NCBI RefSeq assembly: GCF_009914755.1
Contig: NC_060931.1
Direction: 5' to 3' (one strand)
DNA: 64,000 nucleotides
DNA from: the human T2T-CHM13v2.0 reference genome, Homo sapiens
The first letter of the stretch is position 1, and each line of letters opens with the position of its first letter. A model generated the notes under the pieces. The model had not been told where the DNA came from. It did no database searches and saw only the letters and a list, made by a program, of their open reading frames with translations. Position numbers and translations under genes: made by a program. This document shows, one piece after another, positions 41,840 through 56,208 of this stretch.

Positions 41840-43602
41840 GAACTCCCATTCACAATTGCTACAAAGAGAATAAAATACCTAGGAATACAACTTACAAGGG
41901 ATGTGAAGGACCTCTTCAAGGAGAACTACAAACCACTGCTCAAGGGTGTAAGAGAGGACACAAACAAATGGAAAAACATTACATGCTCATGGATAGGAAG
42001 AATCAATATTGTGAAAATGGCCATACTGCCCAAAGTAATTTATAGATTCAATGCTATCCCCATCAAGTTACCATTGACTTTCTTCATGGAATTAGAGAAA
42101 ACTACTTTAAATTTCATATGGAACCAAAAAAGAGACCGCATAGCCAAGAGGATCCTAAGCAAAAAGAACAAAGCTGGAGGCATCACTCTACTTGACTTCA
42201 AACTACACTACAAGGCTACAGTAACCAAAACAGCATGATACTGGTACCAAAACAGTTATATAGACCAATGGAACAGAACAGAGGCCTCAGAAATAACACC
42301 ACACATCTACAACCATCTGATCTTTGACAAACCTGACACAAACAAGCAATAGGGAAAGGATTCCCTATTTAATAAATGGGTTGGGAAAACTGGCTAGCTA
42401 TATGCAGAAAACCGAAACTGGACCCCTTCCTTACACCTTATACAAAAATTAACTCAAGACATCTTAAAGACTTAAACATAAAACCTAAAACCATAAAAAC
42501 CCTAGAAGAAAACCTAGGCAATACCATTCAGGACATAGGCATGGGCAAAGACTTCATGACTAACACACCAAAAGCAATAGCAACAAAAGCCAAAATAGAC
42601 AAATAGAATCTAATTAAACTAAAGAGCTTCTGCACAGCAAAAGAAGCTATCATCAGAGTGAACAGGCAACCTACAGGATGGGAGAACATTTTTCTAATCT
42701 ATCCATCTGATATTAGCCCTTTGGCTAATATCCAGAATCTATAAAGAACTTAAACAAATTTACAAGAAAAAAAACATCAAAAACTGGGCAAAGGATATGA
42801 ACAGACACTTCTCAAAAGAAGACATTTATGCAGCCAACAAGCATATGAAAAAAAGCTCATCATCACTGGTCATTAGAGAAATGCAAATCAAAACCATAAT
42901 GAGATACCATCTCAAGCCAGTTAGAATGGTGATCATTAAAAAGTCAGGAAACAACAGATTCTGGAGAGGATGTGGAGAAGTAGGAATGCTTTTACACTGT
43001 TGGTGGGAGTGTAAAATTAATTCAACCATTGTGGAAGACAGTGTGGTGATTCCTCAAGGATCTAGAACGAGAAATACCATTTGACCCAGCAATCCCATTA
43101 CTGGGTATATACCCAAAGGATTATAAATCATGCTGCTATAAAGACACATGCACAGGTATGTTTATTGTGGCACTATTCACAATAGCAAAGACTTGGAACC
43201 AACCCAAATGCCCACTGATGAAAGACTGGATAAAGAAAATGTGGCACATATACACCATGGAATACTGTGCAGCCATAAAAAGGATGAGTTCATGTCCTTT
43301 GCAGGGACATGGATGAAGCTGGAAACCATCATTCTCAGCAAACTGACACAAGAACAGAAAACCAAACACTGCATATTCTCACTCATAAGTGGGAGTTGAA
43401 CAATGAGAACCCATGGACACAGGGAGCGGAACATCACACACCGGGGCCTGTAGGGGGGTGGGGAGCTAGGGGAGGAATAGCATTAGGAGAAATACCTAAT
43501 GTAGATGACGGGTTGATGGGTGCAGCAAACCACCATGGCACGTGTATAGCTATGTAACAAACCTGCTCTGCACATGTACCCCAGAACTTAAAGTATAATT
43601 AA
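41840..43602 (+). mobile_element. 5'-truncated L1PA (L1PA7-like): ORF2 C-terminal part plus 3' UTR
   Basis: Translates to ORF2p motifs [34 protein letters not shown] and [15 protein letters not shown], with stops and frameshifts. 3'UTR has aatacctaatgtagatgacgggttgatgggtgcagcaaaccaccatggc. TSD aaaatggttaaagta (41825-41839) / aaaatggtttaagta (43603-43617). Confidence 0.97.
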
Positions 43603-43676
43603 AAAATGGTTTAAGTATAACTTTTGATGGAACTTTATGTTTAATTGTACTTTTTTTCTAAAATAAAAATAAATTC

Positions 43677-44990
43677 AGGACTTCTTAGTTCTGGATGGCA
43701 TACAAGGAGACTGAAATTCCTCCCTTCATTGTACCAATAAATAAAATACAGAACACACTGAAAACTCAACTCTTCTTAAATTCATTAGAGAAATGAGATT
43801 CCAGAGTAAACTGCTGCCCACCAAACTGGCAGATATAAAAAAATCAAAACTTACTACAGCAGAAACCCAGTGCCTGCATAGGGAAACGTGAACTGTAATT
43901 GAGGAATTGCTGGACACTCAATGTGGATGACTCTGAGAGTTGAAAACTCCAGGGGACACCACACTTTGGTAAGTTTTGCCTTCTGAAGTTCTAACAAATT
44001 CTCACAGTTAACTTTGTGCTTTGGGCAGGGGGAGGGGAAAATGAACTATTTTAAAACATGCCAGAGCATTTTGCTCTTCTTAAGAAGGCCTGCTGTTGAA
44101 AGAAATTATTTTACCAGAACCTAAGCTATTCGGGTTGTATCAGAGCCTAACTGACCTGGGGGATGTAAACATCCACCTCTGGCTGCTCTAGCCTTCCACA
44201 TCGGGGAAGGAAAACACACAACTCCAGCTGTCTCCAGCCATCCTCTTCACCTAAGTATGTGTGTGTGGCGGTGGGGGGGGCAGGGGTGGGAGGAGCGGTG
44301 GTGGACTGGCAGCAGTTGTGAAGTTCACAGCTCACAGGCACAGACTCATTAAAAGACTGAGACCTATCATAGGACTACAGTATGCTTTCCCTTTTCCCAT
44401 ACCTTACCACTACTTCACTAAAACCGTTTTTAGAGGACTTACTTTAACTTAGTACAACAGTAACAATTACAAGGCATACTAAAAAGCAACAAACAAACAA
44501 AGCAAAACAAAACAAAAACACAGTTTGAAGAGATACAGCAAACATCAGAACCAGCCTCAGATATGGCTGTGATGTTGAAAGTTTCAAACTGTGAATTTAA
44601 AACAGCTGTGATTAATATGCAAAGACCTTTAAAGAGAAAAGCAGACAACATGCAAGATCAAAAGGATAACGTAAATAGTGATATGGATATTTTAAGAAAG
44701 AAGCAAGAAGAAATGCTTGAGATAAAAAGCACTGTAACAGAAATAAAGAATGCCTTTGATGAGCTAAATAGTAGACTGGGAATAGCTGAGGACAGAATCT
44801 CAAAGCTGAAGGATCTGTCAATAGAAATTTACAAAACTAAAAAGCAAAGAGGAAAAATAGACAAAGAAGAAAAAAGAGCAGAATATCCAAGTCCTGTGGA
44901 ACAAGACAATCACAAAAGGTATAATATACACATAATGGAAATACCAGAAGGAGAAGAAAAAGAGGAAGGACTGGAAGCATTCCATTACAT
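43677..44990 (+). mobile_element. Old L1M (L1M4/L1MC-like) 5'UTR plus ORF1 fragment
   Basis: ORF 44563-45018 encodes ORF1p coiled-coil-like sequence (EFKTAVINM..EMLEIKSTVTEIKNAFDELNSRLGIAEDRISKL..NIHIMEIPEGEEKE). The upstream boundary is approximate. Confidence 0.85.
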
Positions 44991-45009
44991 TATAGCAAAG
45001 AACATCCTG

Positions 45010-45215
45010 AGGCTTTAGAGTCAGGAAGCTTTAATCTATCTCCACCATTAACTACCAGATAAAAGTATTTATCTGTTTTTACCCTCATATTCATGATCTG
45101 TAAAATGGAGATCATTAAACCTACTTCATAGGATTGTCAGCCAGATTGCATTAAATTTGATAACACAGTAGTGTACATAGCACATAAGTGCTTGATAAAT
45201 GGTCAGTCATTTTTA
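45010..45215 (+). mobile_element. MIR fragment
   Basis: ggctttagagtcag...atctgtaaaatggagatcattaaacctacttcataggattgt...gcacataagtgcttgataaatg. Confidence 0.75.
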
Positions 45216-47243
45216 GCATCACCTCAGGTATGTGTCATCATTTTATTAAAGAATCCAACGTGACCCTGTTCCTTCCAGAGCTGACAGAGTGGTGTCTGGA
45301 ATAGTTGGAATGTTTTGGCAGTCTTAAGAAGATTTTGCATAATAATATATCATTCTTGAGTAAGAACCAATGAAAGTTCTATCGTCATTAGATTAATTGC
45401 CAAACATGTCATCATCCCACACATACTTCTGCTGTCACTTGATTGCCCTCTTCTAGACCTCACCATATTTACTTCTTTTCAGCACTAAACTTATTTTCCT
45501 TCCTGTCTGACTTAGCTTCCAAGTTGTGACCCTTCAGGCCATTTTAATTTTAAGTGTCAACCTCATGGTCCCCAGATATTCATTTTTTTAATGGAGTGTG
45601 TCTTGGTACAGGCCTGAGTTTCCCATACTGGTTTACTTCCCTCACAGATAGTCCCTAATAGCACATGGTTACCTTCATCTGTTTTTAATTAGGCGGAGAG
45701 AAATTAATGCAGCAACTGTGCTGTCAAACAGAAAACTGAGGTTTTGGGCAAGTACCAGAAGGTACTACCTACTTCTCACTCTACTGAAGTACAATGTGAC
45801 AAAATTATACTCTTCAAATTATTTTGCTTCAGGTGAGACATACGGGCCTTCGAGGGCAGCAAGGGGACAATCATCAGCTAAGGCAGTGAAGGCAGTGTAG
45901 TGAGCACCAGGGTGTAAGAAGTGCACCCAGAAATCTTACCTTTCTCACCAGATTCCTGCTGATTCAGAGATTATGACCTTTACCCAGTGGGCAGCCAGGC
46001 TGCAGGTAAGGGGTGAAGCAGTATTTGACTTCTTCAAGAAGTGTTATGGAATCCAATATTTTTGAACATTTTGTTTCTTGCCCTACAATTTAGAGAAAGA
46101 TAAACATATACAGATAGGTGAGGTTTTCCATGAAATTGGTATACCTAGATAGGCTGGCAATAGCATATTCTAAGCAATAGGTCACAAGTACTTTCAAAAC
46201 ATGTTCAGAAAGAAATCTTGCATAGAAATACACTTGATAAGGATTTTATTAAGGTCACATATGGAGCAACTGTAATCCAAATGATAAAGAATTCCCTATA
46301 GTTAGTCATAAACGATGCAGAAAGACCTTGTCCTTCCACTGGGATATGGGAAGCAGGTTACAAAGAATAAAGTTGACAAAACAAGAGTGAAAAACAGAGG
46401 TTTTCTTGGCCAAAGGCCATGTTTCCCCAAGGTTTTCACCAAACTCTGGATGTATTAGAAGTTAGTACTGGAATCCTAATATGTAGTACATGGTGGTGTA
46501 GTTGTTATATGCCATAACAGGCTTGTACTGGGTTTGTGTTTAATATAATTATACTTTAACTACATTGTAATTGTATGTAGTTCTCATTCCATTATACAAG
46601 TCCAGTTATCCCCAAATAATGTGTGTTTCCTATATAAAATCCAAAATTACTGAAATACTGTCGGAATTTAGATAGATAAATAATTGGGCCGATCATTTAG
46701 TTCCTATTCAGAAACTGCATGAAGATCTTGTTTCTCCAAGAAGGGTGACCAAACGCAAAAATGTTTTCTAAAACCGTGGGTTTATATGGTGTGGTAACAC
46801 CATCTGTTAACCTAATAAGTTGTTTTGCACATAGTGACTGTACAGGTAATATTTGTTCAATTAACAATCTAAGTGCAGGTGTGCTATGTTGGTGTAGGGG
46901 GTTCAATCAACTTTATTTTACAACTGAAAGTTACAAAGATAATAAATTTTGGTTTAAATAATTGTATCTACCATTTACCAATTATGCTACATCGATTTCA
47001 ATACTCACATCTTAAGGATATTTAGTTTGGTTTCTCTTTGGAATCTGCACTCCAAATTATATATTCATGTAATCATACATGCCTTAAAATACTGAGTACA
47101 AGATTATTTTTATAGAAAATCATAAGGTTCTATTTTCTTCCCATGTAATATTTCCTAGTTACTTGTATCTTTATCCAGGTACAATAGATAAAGTTACAAA
47201 AGGTATATCAATAACCTATAATGAAGACATAGGATATTCAAAT

Positions 47244-47508
47244 CAGTGGTTCTCAAATATTTTCTATCCAAAGACACCAAATTAGCACAGTTTCATCAGT
47301 AGCAGTGACTTGCTACGATAATAACTCTTATTTGCTGAGATTCATTTCAAAATATGAAAGGCCCATGTTGTTTAAAAAAAATCCTTTAAAGTCAAATCCT
47401 TAATTTTGGAAAATACAGATTAAAATATCATTTTATTTTCTTATTTTTCTTATCATTTACAATTTTTGATAAAACTTTCTTTACACCTATGTTAGGGAAC
47501 AAATACTG
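47244..47508. mobile_element. Possible old hAT-Charlie MITE
   Basis: cagtggttctcaaa at the left end is a Charlie-type TIR. The right end gttagggaacaaatactg is degenerate. Confidence 0.35.
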
Positions 47509-48554
47509 CTTTACTTTCTAGTTTTTTCATGAACTAGAACATGAACATTGCATCATGTTCATCATTTTGTAACAAAAATAAATATACTTTAAAAGTTTAT
47601 TGAGGTACTGTTTCTCAATTTAAAAGGTATGTTTGATCCAGCAGTCATAAAATGATATTGACAGATTTTCATCATATTCCCAGTTTTTCTGAAGATAATG
47701 TGACAAACCACTTCAAAAGTTACTACATGTCTCTGGGAAAAATAACTATGATTTAGTTTTAAAAATCTCAAAACCAACAAACTGACAGTGAGAAAGTTAT
47801 AATTTATTGCATTTTTCCCAGTAAAGGGAAGATTGATTTTACCCTACTAGTAAGTGAAAGCAGGATTGCAAGGAATTTAAGTATTATCTACCAGATGTTG
47901 ATTCCACTAAGCCAGCTTTCTAGCTCGTGTTAGGGGCTTTTGATCACAGTTTGCTTGAGGTAAACAAATGGCAAGCTAAGTCGGTGGCTCTAATCCCAGC
48001 AAATGAGCACTGCTGGTTCAAGGAAGCTCAAGGAGAGGGAGGTGTGAGAGGTTAGGGAAGATGGCCAGGTTGGCCTGTCTTGCATTTCTGCATACTATCA
48101 ATCAAGTCAATTGCAGTACAGGAACGCGTGTCTCCTCCATGTTGGAAGATGAGGACAAGTCCCCTAAAATTTACCTTTAGCCACAAAGGGATATTTTAAT
48201 GATCTTCACAAGTTTACAGATTTAGCATTAGGGTTTGTTATTTAGTAATCTAAAAGCTCTCCTAGAGTTGAAGGTGTGTTGTGTCCAGATAACAGCAGCA
48301 TCCTAGGGTGCTACTTGCTACAAGCAAGTCCCCAAGCTTCTCCTGACCTTATCTGCTGCTGCACACTCAATCCTTACTGGATTTGACATCATGTAGGTAT
48401 ATCAAATACAGTAAGCTTAAACAAAAGAGTTCAATTTAAGCAAAAATGGAAATTATAGAAACTTACTTCATCAGATAATTTTTAAAGAACTTTAAATATA
48501 ATCACATGCATTTATTACTCATTTTACATAAATCTTCACTCAAAGTCTTGGGTG

Positions 48555-48790
48555 TCAGCCTAGTGGGGTGGATAGGCACAATACGTCTACATCACCTGGG
48601 TTCAGGTCCCAGCTCTGCTCATTATTAGGTGTACAGTCCTAGACAAATTCAGATGCTTTGTTTCTTACATTTATCTTCTGTAACATAGAGATAATAGTAG
48701 TCCCTCCTTTATGCAGTTGTCATGTGGATTAATTAGCTAATATTTGTGAAGTGCTTGAAGTGACTCCTGGCACAGAGTCAGTTTTGCTCT
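48555..48790 (+). mobile_element. MIR
   Basis: cctgggttcaggtcccagctctgc...tctgtaacatagagataatagtag...gtgaagtgcttga...cctggcacagagt. Confidence 0.8.
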
Positions 48791-49489
48791 TGTTAACCTA
48801 ACTACCCGTAGAGTGTTGGGAGGGTAGGGAAATGGGGAATCTGGCACACTTGTATCTGTTCAGCTGGTGGAAAGGGGTGCCACATGGAAGCCTGAAATTG
48901 GAGCACAGGAATGATAAAGCTATTGATGGCTCACTAGCTACTTGCTGGAGATGACCACACTGGAAGTCATTATTGACAGTCTTTTCAAGGGGAGAGCCTG
49001 TTTCACCACAAAACTCATTTCTTTGGGTTGCCCTTAGCAACAGTTAGTTCTCCCTTTGTTAGATCTCAAGTAGATGGTTCAAAAGAACCATTGAAAAATA
49101 AACCTAAATAGAAGGTAATCAGGTTTCATCATATCATTAAAAAAATAAAAGGTACTTATGGACCACTGCTATTACAACCAGAGCAAAGGGGAAGCAAATA
49201 GAAAGTATTTGAAAGGAATTGCATATGATTTTTGCATATGAAAATGGTATTGTTGACCTCTGCAGTGGATTCCACAATTATGAGTTGTTTTTAATAATAA
49301 TGGGAATAGATTCCAAGCTATTTGGTATGTTGTTTAGCTCCTAAATTGCTGCCTCACTATGTTGCTCCCAGAGACGATTACTATTCAGAATATTGGTGGT
49401 CACACGCAGGTTGAAATCCATTTGCTACACCTGCTCTGAGCACAACACAAATTGATACCTACGTGTGTATTTGGCTATACTTTTCTATT

Positions 49490-49640
49490 AGACATTTTTA
49501 TTAACATGGTGTCTCTAAAAGACAGACTAAGGGGTAAACATTATTCTTTATACAGAAAGGGAAATTGAAGCAGATTAACTTACACAGAAGACATCTGGAA
49601 CTAGAATTTATATCTGTTGATAACCAACGCAACACTTTTT
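49490..49640 (-). mobile_element. MIR fragment
   Basis: attattctttatacagaaagggaaattgaagcaga resembles antisense MIR. Confidence 0.5.
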
Positions 49641-51439
49641 CTGCAAGATATAAACACATATACTAAAGGCAAACATTTCTCCCCTTTCTCTCTTCTTGAG
49701 ACCTTATACCATGTTTCCTAAACCATCTCAGATCCAAAAGTATTTCTTTAGTATAGTGCTCCTTGTACCTTCCTGTCCATTTAGATGACATAATTAATTG
49801 ATATTGGTCTCTCCTTGATTCCTAATAACTGCTAGACTAGGATTTTTCAACACCAGAATCTGAACGTATTTCTCATCTAATACCTAGTAAGCTATATAAT
49901 ATCCTATCTTACCACTTCTCTTTCTTGCTATTTTCTCCCAGATTTATTCCAGCCTCAAGATTCTAATTAAATATGAAGTGTAATCTTTGACAAATTTATT
50001 GCAGTGATTTTATTTTGTATTGAATTGATGTTTTTGTTGCACAATAGATTATGCACATAGAATATATGTAATGCTCATATGTGTATGCCTATAATATTTT
50101 GTTGCTTATTTGTGTATATAGCTGTCATTTCTTGGCTTAGAGATAGAAATTTGACACAGATGAGAAATTTAACAAATATTTCTTGAAGGAAAAGATGTTT
50201 AAACATCTGTATGTCTGATATGTTCAAAATATGATATCCAGGTATTGGATTGCTCTTTGTAGCAGAATTTGGAATTCCATTTGAGATTCTGTGATCTACA
50301 AAATAATCATTCTTGTGATCATTCCTATTCTATTAAGACACTGTCATGTATTCATGGAAAAATAAGAAAATAAAAGCTTTGTAGTAAAATTTCCATGAAG
50401 CTAGATTGCTTTATTTAAAAAATTATTATGTTCTCAGAAATTATGTCCTTTCAAGCTTGTTTGTTTAGAAGAGCTGTTCACTTACAAAAAGAAGGTCATA
50501 GTAAATGGTAATATTTGTGTATGTGGTATAGTGGTGGTGGACTCAGTCTGGGCATGTGTGTTTGCATGTATTGAAGTGTTCTTACTTGAAAATAAAAAGT
50601 TGACAGTTCTATATAAGTCCTAAATATTTTAATGAAGCTTTACTGATTTTGAATCCCTAACTCTGGAAACCACTGTGCTACAAAAAAATATGATCTCAGC
50701 TACCCAGAGGGGCTAGACTGTTTGCATTTAGCCAGTGCTTCTTGTTCACACCCATTCTCTAACGCATTTGGATTCTTTCTAATCAGGAGAAAATCTACTT
50801 TGCTCTAAGTTCGCACCGTACACAGTCTGAAAAAATGGAGAATTTTTTTTCAATTAAACAGCAAGTGGATTGCGGAAGAGCATCTGAAAATCAATCACAG
50901 TACAAGGTGCACAGAGTGAGCCTGTTATCTTCTGAGATTGCAATTCAGGGGTTGAGAATTCTATTTTGTGTCAGCCAGAAAGTTTAGGTGAACTAAGTAT
51001 CATTTAAAGTTTATAGGTACAAATGAAATTGGCACTGTGGAAAGGATCTCAGCACATAAAGAAAGATGTAGCAATTCTTTCTACCTTCAACTTCTATAAT
51101 TATTTTGACAAAGCGAATCCCCTCAGTTTTAAAGACAGTAGTTTTTAGAGGAGTTTGATAGCTTTAAAAATGAATTTATGAGAAGTTTTTATAAGTCACT
51201 GAGGTAAACAATGGCTATGTTTGACAGGAGGAAATATAGTTGCAGGTGGCACAAGCACTGGATTCCATGACACATTGTTAAAATCGATAGCTTAGCCCAA
51301 ACACTGAAAAATACTGAAGAATCAAAGAATGTATGTCATATAAGCATGGGACACCATATTACTTTGAGGATCATCTGATTATAAAGAGTAAAATGGAGTT
51401 TTTAAATTTTTTTCCAAAAAGTTAAATCACTTTGATTAG

Positions 51440-51665
51440 ATTTAACTCTGGACTCACAGGCCACATTGTGGATTTGAAACTGGTCCTTACCTGTGGTTTC
51501 TGTGACTCTGGGCAAGTTTTAATTAACATTTCACTCCTGATTTTTCCTTATCTGTGAAATGGGGAGAGCAATAAAATGCCTAGGATTGTTATAAAGATAA
51601 AGCAAGTTCCTATCTGGAAAGTGCAACAAGAGTGGGTGCTTAGTCAATGCACAGTGAGCACTAAA
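51440..51665 (+). mobile_element. MIR
   Basis: ctctggactca...ctgtgactctgggcaagtt...tttccttatctgtgaaatgggga. Confidence 0.75.
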
Positions 51666-53920
51666 ATCACTCAAAAGGCTTGCTCTGGCCCTTCCAACAT
51701 CTCTCTACAGCTGCTTTAATCACTATGGGAAAGAAAAAAAAAACTGCTCAAGGTTTCACGAGAACCACCCAGTGGAATAAAAAACATTTTATAAAAGTCT
51801 ACTCTATTTCCCTAAATTAAACACCATTGATTGGTTAAACAAAATGCTAGACATGTTTTCCTTAAGGCTCACATGATAATGGCCTTCATTATAGGAAGGT
51901 AGAAGAAAATCAACAATGAATCTGTATGAGTGGGATCTATGCAAGCACATTTTCCAACCATTCTCCTCTTAATATATTCTCCCACTTCTAATCTTCTGTG
52001 GATGAACTTTGTCTTTTATTCCATGAGAAAAGACGTGTATTTCCAGGGGATTGTCTTCTAAGTGGCAGTAAGTTTGGGGCCAGAGCTAGAATATCCAAAA
52101 GCATGGATGGATATGAAACTGCTCTGTGACCGTGGGCCCCTTCTGTTTTCCATCCTCTCACCTGCCTCTCCTCAATGTGTTGAACAAATGTTTGAAGACT
52201 ATCAGTTTAAAGGGGGCGTGCCTGGCACACTCATATGCTTTGTTCTGTTGGTAGTCAGGGATTGAGTCTATTAAAATGAAGGAACTCAGAGCTGAAGGCA
52301 GTAGTTCAGGGGCCTGGTGTATCTGGTGGCACTAAGTGCCAGATGGCCAAGATAGTGTGAAGTCAAAAGCTTTAGTGCTTGTTGATGAAACATGAGAATT
52401 AGAAGAAAAGAGAAGGACAAAATAAGGAGTAAAAAACAAGCTGGAGAGTAGAAAAAAGAGTTTCACATAAAACTGCATACTTGAAGAAGGGAACAACGTA
52501 TGTGTTAAACAGCATAGCTGTTTTCCAAGCCACTCAAGGTGGCTTCAAGTCTATCAGAAGAGAAAGTCCCACCTGGCTTTCCCAGGGAGACTGGGAGCTA
52601 CCGTGGAACAAGATGGCCTCAAAGCTCAGCAAGATAAATATTGTCAAAGTTTTAGCATGTAAATTGCTAACTTTTCAATGTATAAGTTAACTTACCTTGG
52701 AACTCGGAAGAAGAAATGACACTCTGATATACATCATGGTGATTCCTCCCTGCCCCCATCCCAGTCCATATATTTTCAGGTAAGAGTTTGATGTTAGGAA
52801 TGTTTTCCCTTCATTTTAGAAAATGTCCTTAGCTGCTATAGGAAGGATCTTTCAAATATCAGTAACATCTACTCACCCTATCCTTTATTTTCTTGTGTTT
52901 GACTATAGGTTAGAGGTATTTGATATATACACTATCTGAGATTATATAAAAAACAATCTATGTGAACTTTACTTTTAGCTTACACTTAATACAATGATTG
53001 ACTAATAATAGCTATAAATACCTGCATTCATACAAATGCACATTGATGCATTATGTCAAAGCAAGTGTCATTTGGAATTTTAATTCTTGGAGGACACACA
53101 CTTTGAGGAGCTCTTCTATATGCTGCAATGTTCTAGAAGCAATTCATTAGCAGCACACAGAATTTGACAATGACAGTCACTGACAGATTAACTACTTTTC
53201 TATTTTTCTAGCGATTACTATTCTAAGTTGAATGAGGATCATTAGGTTTGTGCATAGGATAGTTCATGTATCTACATTTGCAGTTAGCCCAAACTCCCAA
53301 ACCTGAGGTATGCCTATCTCCAATGTTGGATAGGTGGCTGACTTCCAGGAGGTTCCCACTGCCGTATGTTAATGTGGTGCACTTCCTGGAACAACCATTA
53401 TTGTAAAGTATGAAATAATTAAGTGTTAAATACATTTAATATAGAAGATAATGTAATTTTCTGTTTTCTAAAAGAAAATCTAGATTTTGGCTGGCCAGTC
53501 CCATCTGAACTCTGAAGCTATGCAGTCTCTTGCTTCTATCCTCAATGTAATTTGTAGGAGCACTTTGAATGTCATGCTCTCTATCATGTTATTTATTTTG
53601 TATATTTTTAACTTATTTTTGATGAATTTATACAGCCAGTAAGTCACTTCTTTCATATTATTCCCCAATCTAATACCCAAATGCACGTGCGCGTGCACAC
53701 ACACACACACACATACAGCACCACCACTATCACTATAAATAATTAAGGGACTCCCAGGAGATTAAATATGTATATGTTATCAATTGGTTATCTTCTAAAA
53801 TAGATGTTCAGCTGTGAAATTCTATCACTGAAACTCCTCTTTGTGACTTTTAGTTCTCTCTCACATAATATGGTGCTATCTAGAGATTTGTCTTCAGCTC
53901 ATTTCTCTTCTCACACTATA

Positions 53921-54398
53921 CGTTAGTCCCTTCTTATCCTAGCAAGTTTAAGACCCCTAGTGGATGCCTGAAACTGCAGGTAGCACTGAACCGAATTGCA
54001 GCAATTGGAAGACATTTCTGTTCATGTCTTCCACCTACAAATGCAATGTCGTCTGCATCTTAACTAAGCCCTATCACACACTATGGCTGTAACTTTTGCA
54101 GCTTGTAGTGTGACAGCAAAACTAGCATAAATTTCTTTTGCCTTCTTCCACAATTTCACAGTGGAAGATTTGTGGTTACCATAGATCTACAGCATGTATC
54201 CACTAAACAAAAGGAGGATTCACATCCCTGGCAAGAGGGAGCAGGATGGCACCAGATTTTATCACGTTACTCAGAAGAGTGTGCAACTTCAACATGAGTT
54301 GTTTATTTCTAGAGTTTTCTACTGAGTATTTTCAGACCGAAGTTGAACACTGGTAACAAACCAGAGAAAATGAAACCATGGTTAAGAGGGGACAACGG
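53921..54398 (+). mobile_element. MER44/Tigger7-family (TcMar-Tigger) non-autonomous element
   Basis: tagtcccttcttatcc...aagacccctagtggatgcctgaaactgc at the left and gaaaccatggttaagaggggac at the right, flanked by TA (53919-20, 54399-400). Confidence 0.88.
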
Positions 54399-54489
54399 TA
54401 ATTCCTCTTGTATCTTTGTGTTATTCTAAACAATATGTCTACATGCAAAAATGTTTATTATATAGTGTCACTAAAAATAAATTATTTGA

Positions 54490-55602
54490 GAAAAATTAGA
54501 GAAAACAAAGGAATGGATAACAGGCAGGGGCTGGGCAACCATCTGATAAAGAAATGAGTCCATAATGTAAAGAGAAACCAGGACCTATTGTCCAAGATAA
54601 TGGAAGAATGACCTTGAAGGCTTTTCTGATCATCAGGGCTGCCTCTCTCATCCCACCCTAGAGTGCAAAGACCTGGGGGAGCGGAATTTCAAAGAGGGTT
54701 TTCACTGACAGACACCAGCACACATCCCAGGCTGAGCCCTCTGTACTCCCCCTGTACACCATCACCGCTCTCCTTGCTCACCTCAAGTGCAGCTTTGATG
54801 GGCCCCAGAGCAGCATTTGCAGAACCCAGCAAAGCTGTGGGGGCGTGATTACCTCCACTTAGGTTTCAAAAGATGTCCCAAAGAACTGTGAGGCCCAAGC
54901 AGAGAAATGCCATAAGGGAAGGACTACCAAAAAGAGCTCTCATTAGGGCAGTGCCCAGTGGAGCCATGGGGATGGAGCCACTCCCACTGACCATGAACAA
55001 GAAGAGCTACTAGTGTGTGATTCCAGCCACAGGAGGCCAGGGGCATGCAGCCCAGGCACAGAGCCACTGCAGAGATGGGGCCAACTCAGAGAACTGCCTT
55101 CGAGGTTGTCTCCAGGCACAGAATTACCCACTATACTGGGCTTCTCAAAACTATAGGGATAGGGCCATCACCCTAGAGTGTCTGGAAGGCAGGAAGCCTG
55201 CCCCAATGAGACTGGAGGGCAGAGCATCAAACCAAAGAAGATTATTCTCAAAAATATTGTTAATATTGTTTGCCCTCTTGGGTTTCTGACTTGCTCAGGA
55301 CTTGCTGGTTCTTGCTACTTTCCTGTTGCTCCCCTTTGGAATGGGAATATTTAGTCTATCTCTGCCCACAATTGTATTTTGGAAGTACATAACGTTTGAT
55401 TTCACAGGTTATCAGCTGGAGAGCGCTTGCCTTTGAATGAATTTTACATTAAGTCACCCATATCTGATTTAGATGCTGTTTAGATGAGACTTTGGACTTT
55501 TGAGTTGATGGTGGTACAAGTGAAAACTTTTGTAGCTATTGGTATGGAATGTATGTATTTTGCATGCAAGAAGGGCATGAATTGGGGGTACCATGGGCGG
55601 AA
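54490..55602 (+). mobile_element. MaLR internal sequence (MLT1-int-like), 3' part
   Basis: Lies directly upstream of an MLT1A LTR. MaLR-int motifs cacaattgtattttggaagta and gatgagactttggacttttgagttgatg, with a G-rich tract before the LTR. Confidence 0.75.

Positions 55603-56208
<606 letters not shown>

Noticed and set aside
41816-43084. ORFs with reverse-transcriptase-family similarity as a functional gene
   Set aside because: They are fragments of L1 ORF2 in a 5'-truncated copy, broken by stops and frameshifts.
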